Shown in pieces: positions 58,121 to 64,000 of a stretch of DNA of 64,000 bases (position 1 is its first letter; every line of letters starts with the position of its first letter). This stretch comes from Candidatus Magasanikbacteria bacterium RIFOXYC2_FULL_42_28. Lineage in GTDB: Bacteria; Patescibacteriota; Patescibacteriia; Magasanikbacterales; GWA2-37-8. The translations under genes were made by a program, and so were the position numbers. The notes beneath the pieces were generated by a model. It saw nothing but the letters and a program-made list of their open reading frames with translations. It made no database searches and had not been told where the DNA came from. Location: NCBI GenBank assembly GCA_001784435.1, contig MFQZ01000010.1, positions 169,960-233,959 of the forward strand. The letters are read 5' to 3'.

Positions 58121-58235
58121 TAAATACTAAACTCTAAATTCTAAACAAATTCAAATTATTCAAATCCAAAATTTAAACATTTGAATTTTATGTTTTGAAC
58201 TTGTTTAGAGTTTAGTATTTCGTGTTTAGTATTTA
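58121..58235. repeat. Heptamer-periodic inverted repeat (same type as 33367)
   Basis: TAAATACTAAACTCTAAATTCTAAACAAAT...TTGTTTAGAGTTTAGTATTTCGTGTTTAGTATTTA. Confidence 0.85.
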
Positions 58236-58246
58236 AAATTAAGTAT

Positions 58247-58810
58247 ATGTCCAAACTATTAACAATATTTTCTGTCGGTGCAATTTTGGTTTTTACTTCC
58301 GGCTGTGGCAATACAAAACAACCAGACAACAACACTGCGCCAACTGATTTTACCGCGCGTCGAAATGTTTCTACCACACCGTTTGGCGCGGATTTTCCTA
58401 TTGGCACGACCACTGATTTGGCAATTGGTAAAAAAGTTATGGTGGTGGGTTCGGCTGGGTCAGATGGAATTGTCAGCGCCGCGCAAATTGTGGTTGGTGA
58501 ATTTAATTTTGGTATGGGTTTTGACGGTGCTCGATTCGCGACCGACACACCGACCGGACAACAAAGGCAGCGTCCAAATTTTAACGGCCAAGGTGGTGGC
58601 GGCCAAGGTGGTGGAAATTTCGCCGGACGAGCAGGCGACAGTAGGGGAATGACGCGAGTAGTTGGCGAAATTATCAAAATGGACAATACCAGTTTGGTGG
58701 TAAAAACCAATGATGGTGGCTCAAAAATCGTTTTTTATTCAGCAAATGTCAAGATTTTGCTGCCACCCATCGCGATTACGCCTGTGAAAACTGCCAGCAC
58801 TACGCCATAA
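58247..58810 (+). CDS. Gly-rich lipoprotein, DUF5666-like
   Basis: Lipobox FTSGC; DLAIGKKVMVVG..GSDG.VSA.QI; GEIIKMD..SLVVK..DGGSKIVF. Confidence 0.7.
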   Translation: MSKLLTIFSVGAILVFTSGCGNTKQPDNNTAPTDFTARRNVSTTPFGADFPIGTTTDLAIGKKVMVVGSAGSDGIVSAAQIVVGEFNFGMGFDGARFATDTPTGQQRQRPNFNGQGGGGQGGGNFAGRAGDSRGMTRVVGEIIKMDNTSLVVKTNDGGSKIVFYSANVKILLPPIAITPVKTASTTP

Positions 58811-58906
58811 TTTTGGCTGATTTAAGGCATTTTGCAACTATTGCTATTTAAGCGGAATAATGATAAAATACTGTCGTTTTTAAGGCAGTATTTTATCATA
58901 TAAATT

Positions 58907-61783
58907 ATGAGTTTTTTAACCAAAATTTTCGGTGATCCGAACGCCAAGGTAATCAAGGAAATTCAGCCGATTGTAGATAAAATTAATAGTTTAGAAAGCG
59001 ATTTAAAGGCGTTAAGCGATGAAGCGCTCAAAGCCAAGACCGCCGAATTTAAAGACCGCCTCTCAAAAGGCGAAACTTTGAATGATATTTTACCAGAATC
59101 GTTTGCGGTTGTGCGCGAAGCATCTCGGCGCGCGACCGGTATGCGTCATTTTGATGTTCAACTTATTGGTGGTGTCGCTTTGCATCGCGGACAAATTTCG
59201 GAAATGCGCACGGGTGAAGGTAAAACGCTTGTGGCCACGTTACCGATATATTTAAATGCTTTGGCTGGCAAAGGTGTCCATCTCGTTACTGTCAATGATT
59301 ACTTGGCCAAACGTGATGCCGTGTGGATGGGCAAAATTTATGATTTCTTGGGAATGAGTGTGGGGATTATTCAACAGCTTGGTGCTTCATTTAAATATAG
59401 AAGTGCGCTCGCGAACGCTCCCACCTCACCCTCGCCCTCTCCTCGGGCAGGAGAGGGGGCGACAGACGCGGACGCGACTGTAATTGGTAAAATTAAAGTT
59501 GGGGATGAAGAGGTTGAACAGTGCACGCGTCGCGAGGCCTATGCTTGCGACATTACTTATGGCACGAACAACGAATTTGGGTTTGATTATTTGCGCGATA
59601 ATATGGCGCCGTCACTTTCGGAAATGGTGCAAAGGCCATTTTATTACGCTATTGTTGATGAGGTTGACTCCATTTTAGTTGATGAGGCGCGCACGCCTTT
59701 GATTATTTCCGCTCCGGCCGAAGAGGCGGCGGATTTGTATTATAAATTCGCGGATTTGGTAAAGCGTTTAAAAGAAAATGAGGACTTTAATATTGATGAA
59801 AAAATGCGCTCAAGCACTTTAACGGACGCGGGTTTGAAAAAAATGGAGGACTGGCTTGGGATTGGCAATATTTATGCCGAGGGCGGGATGACGATGGTGC
59901 ACCATGTGGAGCAGGCCTTGCGCGCGCACGCGTTGTTTAAACGTGATCGTGATTACGTGGTTGATAACGGAGAAGTGGTGATTGTGGATGAATTTACCGG
60001 ACGTAAAATGCCCGGTCGACGTTATAGCGAAGGTTTGCACCAAGCGATTGAAGCGCAAGAAGGCGTAAAAATTCAGCGCGAGAGTCGAACTTTGGCAACG
60101 GTCACATTTCAAAATTATTTCCGTTTGTATGAAAAATTATCCGGTATGACCGGCACGGCGGTAACCGAGGCGGAAGAATTTGGCAAAATTTATAATTTAG
60201 AAGTGGTCGTTATTCCGACCAACCACCCTAATAAACGCGCGGATCGGCCGGATCGAATTTATCGCACCGAAGAAGCAAAATGGCAGGCGATCGCGAAAGA
60301 AGTTAAAGAATTGCAAACCAAAGGCCAGCCGGTTTTGATCGGCACGATTTCGGTGGAAAAAAATGAGGCGTTGAGCTTGTATTTGGATCGCGAAGGAATC
60401 AAGCATGAAATTTTAAACGCCAAAAATCACGAACGAGAAGGTGAAATTATCGCGCAAGCCGGTCGGCCGGGTGCGGTAACTTTGGCTACCAATATGGCGG
60501 GACGTGGCGTGGATATTATTTTAGGTGGTAATCCACCGGAAGTTGAAGCGCGTGATAAAGTTTTGAATGCCGATGGTTTGTTTGTAATTGGTACCGAGCG
60601 CCACGAATCGCGTCGTATTGATAATCAGTTGCGTGGTCGTGCCGGTCGCCAAGGAGATCCGGGCGCTACTCAATTTTATTTATCCACCGATGATGATTTG
60701 ATGCGAATTTTTGCGGGTGACAGAATCAAATCAGTCATGCAAACTTTGAAAGTGCCGGATGATATGCCGATTGAAAACAAAGGCATTACGAGAATTATTG
60801 AATCCGCCCAACGCAAAGTGGAAGGATTTCATTTTGATACGCGCAAGCATTTGTTGGAATACGACGATGTGTTGAACCGTCATCGTGAAGTTGTTTATGG
60901 CAAACGCCGAAATGTCTTGGATATTTTTGAGCAAGAAAAAAATGCGCTGTTTGGCGCGTCGTCAACTGTCATTCCGAGCGAGGCTCGCGCCGACGAGGAA
61001 TCTCCATTACAACGGGATGGAGATTTCTCACCCACTGCGACGGGGATTCGAAATGACAGTGATGTGATGGTTCCTCGCAATGACAACAAAACTCTGCGCG
61101 ATATTATTTTTGAAATGTTAGAGCAAGAAATCGAACAGGTAGTTTCCTTTCATACCAACGCCGAAGAACGACGCGAATGGAATATGGCAGAAATTAAAGA
61201 AACTGTGGTGACAATTTTCCCGTTGAACAGTGCGGAGCAAGAGCAATTATTGCACATGAGCAACGGTGGGACAGAAAAATTACAAGCCGTAGAAGCGCGG
61301 ACAAAAATTATTGAATATTTATTTGAACTGGCCAAGAAAAAATACGATGAGATGCTGGTGTCAGTCGTGCCGGATAAAGCAATGTTAATTGAAATTGAAA
61401 AGCAGGTGTTATTGCGTTCCATTGATAATTTGTGGGTTGAGCATTTGGTCGCGGTAGATTATTTGCGTACCGGCATTGGTCTGCGCGGTTATGGCCAGCG
61501 TGACCCACTTGTGGAATACAAAAAAGAAACTTATCGGATGTTTAATGAATTGTTAAGTTTGATTCAGAAAGAGGTTGTTTACACGATTTACAAAGTGAGC
61601 GCCGGCATTGCTTTGGCACCATCGGTGATGGCTAAAGGAAATATGATTTTAAGTGGGGCAGGCAAAGAAATGGCGGTTACTAAAACTGCCACTAAAGACG
61701 CCGAAGGCCACAAAATCGGGCGCAACGACCCATGTTATTGCGGGAGTGGTAAGAAATTTAAACGTTGTCATGGCGCTGAATAA
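58907..61783 (+). CDS. secA: Preprotein translocase subunit SecA
   Basis: MRTGEGKT, VDEVDSILVDEARTPLIIS, ATNMAGRG, RIDNQLRGRAGRQGDPG, GRNDPCYCGSGKKFKRCHG. Confidence 0.98.
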   Translation: MSFLTKIFGDPNAKVIKEIQPIVDKINSLESDLKALSDEALKAKTAEFKDRLSKGETLNDILPESFAVVREASRRATGMRHFDVQLIGGVALHRGQISEMRTGEGKTLVATLPIYLNALAGKGVHLVTVNDYLAKRDAVWMGKIYDFLGMSVGIIQQLGASFKYRSALANAPTSPSPSPRAGEGATDADATVIGKIKVGDEEVEQCTRREAYACDITYGTNNEFGFDYLRDNMAPSLSEMVQRPFYYAIVDEVDSILVDEARTPLIISAPAEEAADLYYKFADLVKRLKENEDFNIDEKMRSSTLTDAGLKKMEDWLGIGNIYAEGGMTMVHHVEQALRAHALFKRDRDYVVDNGEVVIVDEFTGRKMPGRRYSEGLHQAIEAQEGVKIQRESRTLATVTFQNYFRLYEKLSGMTGTAVTEAEEFGKIYNLEVVVIPTNHPNKRADRPDRIYRTEEAKWQAIAKEVKELQTKGQPVLIGTISVEKNEALSLYLDREGIKHEILNAKNHEREGEIIAQAGRPGAVTLATNMAGRGVDIILGGNPPEVEARDKVLNADGLFVIGTERHESRRIDNQLRGRAGRQGDPGATQFYLSTDDDLMRIFAGDRIKSVMQTLKVPDDMPIENKGITRIIESAQRKVEGFHFDTRKHLLEYDDVLNRHREVVYGKRRNVLDIFEQEKNALFGASSTVIPSEARADEESPLQRDGDFSPTATGIRNDSDVMVPRNDNKTLRDIIFEMLEQEIEQVVSFHTNAEERREWNMAEIKETVVTIFPLNSAEQEQLLHMSNGGTEKLQAVEARTKIIEYLFELAKKKYDEMLVSVVPDKAMLIEIEKQVLLRSIDNLWVEHLVAVDYLRTGIGLRGYGQRDPLVEYKKETYRMFNELLSLIQKEVVYTIYKVSAGIALAPSVMAKGNMILSGAGKEMAVTKTATKDAEGHKIGRNDPCYCGSGKKFKRCHGAE
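59420..59459. repeat. CCTCACCC..CCCTCTCC-n-GGAGAGGG palindromic element in frame in secA
   Basis: CCCTCTCCT-CGGGC-AGGAGAGGG at 59435-59457; reads PTSPSPSPRAGEG. Confidence 0.8.
60965..61085. repeat. GTCAT...ATGAC palindromic element plus extra right half, in frame in secA
   Basis: ACTGTCATTCCGA...GAATCTCCAT...ATGGAGATTT...TCGAAATGACAGT, then CCTCGCAATGACA. Confidence 0.85.
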
Positions 61784-61844
61784 CCCCCTTGCCAAAAAAA
61801 TGGTTTTAAGGTAAGATATTCACACTTTTACTTTTAACACTATC

Positions 61845-61917
61845 TGTCATTCCCGCGAAAGCGGGAATCCAGTCGTCAAATTTAAAATTCTGGATCCCCG
61901 TTTTCACGGGGATGACA
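61845..61917. repeat. Complete GTCATTCCC...GGGATGAC palindromic element upstream of secD
   Basis: TGTCATTCCCGCGAAAGCGGGAATCCAG...CTGGATCCCCGTTTTCACGGGGATGACA. Confidence 0.9.
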
Positions 61918-61929
61918 ATTAAATTAATT

Positions 61930-64000
61930 ATGGCCAATAAATATCATCAAGCCGTTGCAAAAAATTTAACTCGTTCTACCATTAGATGGCGTGTGGCCGG
62001 CGTGGCGATTTTGTTAGTCGCGTCGCTAACGGTCGTGTTGCCTAATTATGCCAATTCCGGAATCAATTGGATTAATTCCAAGACCAATATCGGCTTGCCA
62101 CAGTTGCCGGCCGGCGGTTTTAATTTAGGTTTGGATTTACAGGGTGGCGCGCATTTAATTTATGAGGCCAAAACCGACAATATCGCGGCGGCCGACCGCG
62201 CTGATTCCGTTGAGGGTGTGCGTGATGTGATTGAACGTCGTGTTCGTGGTGGTTTGGGTGTGGCCGAGCCGCTCGTCCAGACAACGCGCGTGGGTGAGAC
62301 CTATCGCGTGATTGTGGAGTTGCCGGGTGTTAAGGATGTTAATCAGGCGATCCAAATGATTGGCGGTACGCCGGTGTTGGAATTTAAAGAAGAAAATAAC
62401 GAGCCACCGCGCCCCTTGACCGCGACAGAACAAAAAGAATTAAAGGATTTTAATACCGCGGCGAAAAAGAAAGCGAACGAAGCATTGGTCGCGGCCAAAA
62501 CCGATTTTGCCGGAGCGGTAACAAAATATACCGAAGATGACCGCAGTAAAAATAACGGCGGGGATATCGGTTTTATTGACAGTCGAACCTTTCCTGAGAT
62601 TTTTGCTTGGGCCAAAACCGTTAAAGACGGTGAAATTGGCAAAAATTTAGTTGAAAGCGCCGAAGGTTATAGTGTCGTTAAACGCGTGGCTGAAAAAGAC
62701 GGCGAACGCTATGTCTCGGCTTCGCATATTTTAATTTGTTTCCTTGGCGCCGAGCGCTGTGATAATCCGCAATATACACGTGATCAAGCGACTGCTAAAA
62801 TTGCCGAATTAAAAACCAAAGCCACTCCACAGAATTTCGCGCAACTGGCGCGGGAAAATTCCACGGAACCGGGCGCGGCTGACCGCGAAGGGGACTTGGG
62901 TAAATTTAAAAAGGGCGAAATGGTGCCGGCTTTTGAAGCGGTGGCGTTTGACCTGCCCGTGGGGACAATTTCCGAACCGGTGGAGACCCAATTTGGTTTT
63001 CATTTAATTTATAAAACAAATGATGAAACGGAAAAGCAATATCAAGTAAGCAGAATTTTGGCGCGCACTAAAACTGAAATTGATATTGTGCCACCGGTAT
63101 CGCAGTGGAAGCCAACTGGTTTGTCCGGTAAGCAACTCGCGCGCGCGGAAGTTACTGAAGATTATCAGACCGGCCAAGTGCAAGTCAGTTTAAATTTTGA
63201 TGATGAAGGCGTTAAATTATTTTCGGAAATTACTACACGTAATGTTGGCAAGCCAGTGGCCATTCTGTTAGATGGTGAAGAAATCAGTGTGCCGACAGTT
63301 AATGAGCCGATTTTATCCGGCAGTGCCGTTATTTCCGGCGGGTTTACTTTAATGGAAGCGAAATTATTGGCGCAACGGCTTAATTCCGGCGCTCTGCCGG
63401 TGCCGGTTGAACTCGTAAGTCAACAGAGTGTGGGTGCGACGCTGGGATTTGATTCTTTAAATAAAAGTTTTAAAGCCGGTTTAATTGGTTTGGCAGTGGT
63501 TATATTATTCATGATTTTGTACTACCGCTTGTCGGGTATTCTCGCGGCTTTGAGTTTGGCGGTTTATGCGGCTTTGAGTTTGGCTATCTTTAAATTAGTC
63601 GGCGTTACCCTAACTCTTTCCGGTATCGCCGGTTTCGTTCTATCAATTGGTATGGCGGTGGACGCCAATGTGCTGGTATTTGAACGTCTTAAAGAAGAGT
63701 TGCGTTTGGGCAAAAGTTTGAAATCGGCCATGGAAGAGGCGTTTGTGCGCGCCTGGACATCAATTCGGGACAGCAACATCACCGGCCTTATCAGTTGTGT
63801 GTTTATGGTTTGGATGGGCGTGGGTTTTGTGCAGGGCTTTGCCGTTACTTTGGCTATTGGTATCCTGGTATCAATGTTTTCCGCCGTTATTATTACTCGC
63901 ACTTTGGCGCGTTGGATTTTTAGTTGGTTTAAAGAAGATGGCAATTGGTTATTTTTGGGACATCTTAAAAAAGACGCGTCTGCCAAGTCGGTCACCAATA
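61930..64000 (+). CDS. secD: Protein translocase subunit SecD with inserted parvulin PPIase domains (3'-truncated; absent from ORF track)
   Basis: Manual translation from ATG 61930: FNLGLDLQGGAHLIY, IERRV..LGVAEP, VELPGV, LNSGALPVP, LTLSGIAG.VLSIGMAVDANVLVFERLKEE; no stop before the window end. Confidence 0.95.
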   Translation, partial: MANKYHQAVAKNLTRSTIRWRVAGVAILLVASLTVVLPNYANSGINWINSKTNIGLPQLPAGGFNLGLDLQGGAHLIYEAKTDNIAAADRADSVEGVRDVIERRVRGGLGVAEPLVQTTRVGETYRVIVELPGVKDVNQAIQMIGGTPVLEFKEENNEPPRPLTATEQKELKDFNTAAKKKANEALVAAKTDFAGAVTKYTEDDRSKNNGGDIGFIDSRTFPEIFAWAKTVKDGEIGKNLVESAEGYSVVKRVAEKDGERYVSASHILICFLGAERCDNPQYTRDQATAKIAELKTKATPQNFAQLARENSTEPGAADREGDLGKFKKGEMVPAFEAVAFDLPVGTISEPVETQFGFHLIYKTNDETEKQYQVSRILARTKTEIDIVPPVSQWKPTGLSGKQLARAEVTEDYQTGQVQVSLNFDDEGVKLFSEITTRNVGKPVAILLDGEEISVPTVNEPILSGSAVISGGFTLMEAKLLAQRLNSGALPVPVELVSQQSVGATLGFDSLNKSFKAGLIGLAVVILFMILYYRLSGILAALSLAVYAALSLAIFKLVGVTLTLSGIAGFVLSIGMAVDANVLVFERLKEELRLGKSLKSAMEEAFVRAWTSIRDSNITGLISCVFMVWMGVGFVQGFAVTLAIGILVSMFSAVIITRTLARWIFSWFKEDGNWLFLGHLKKDASAKSVTN

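Noticed and set aside
59405-61090. SecA inserts as inteins or introns
   Set aside because: Too short; no Cys/Ser...His-Asn intein ends or group I/II intron features; frame stays open and the DNA matches palindromic repeat families.
62155-63998. Minus-strand ORFs at the window end
   Set aside because: Shadows of secD, which runs on the plus strand from 61930 beyond the window end.
1-64000. Alternative genetic code 25 (TGA=Gly) as in Gracilibacteria/Absconditabacteria
   Set aside because: Conserved genes are intact under code 11, and TGA acts as a stop (e.g. ATGA overlaps at 13779 and 19258).

Overview
Bacterial chromosomal segment read in the standard code 11 (TGA used as stop, tRNA-Trp CCA present). 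The gene content, AT-rich SD-less starts and repeat families point to Patescibacteria/CPR, probably Parcubacteria; this lineage call is inference. From 1 to 20 kb there is a CPR-type T4SS-like/DNA-uptake locus: the end of a large Cys-rich surface protein, a 1587-aa VirB6-like protein, then PrgI/VirB3, TraC-like, VirB4, VirB8-like and ComF. It is interrupted by a defence-type island of two AAA_14/DUF4143 ATPases and an AbiE toxin-antitoxin pair. The rest is housekeeping (tRNA-Ser, L10 leader-rplJ-rplL, mreB, holB, frr, glyQS, tpiA, tRNA-Thr/Thr/Tyr/Trp, rpmG, DEAD helicase, HU, secA, secD), envelope genes, an NYN nuclease, a single-chain restriction-modification enzyme and an ECF sigma/MacAB-like module. 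Four observations stand out. (1) A ~80-nt convergent sRNA unit with its own strong promoter and terminator overlaps the 3' end of the NYN RNase gene and is a candidate RNA antitoxin. (2) Each defence cassette begins with the same palindrome, and two of these sit directly behind copies of the 5' end of the downstream host gene, which suggests serial site-specific insertion. (3) Palindromic REP/RPE-like elements are inserted in frame in secA (twice), comF and a T4SS-linked gene. (4) SecD carries two inserted parvulin PPIase domains. All calls were made by eye, with no database searches.
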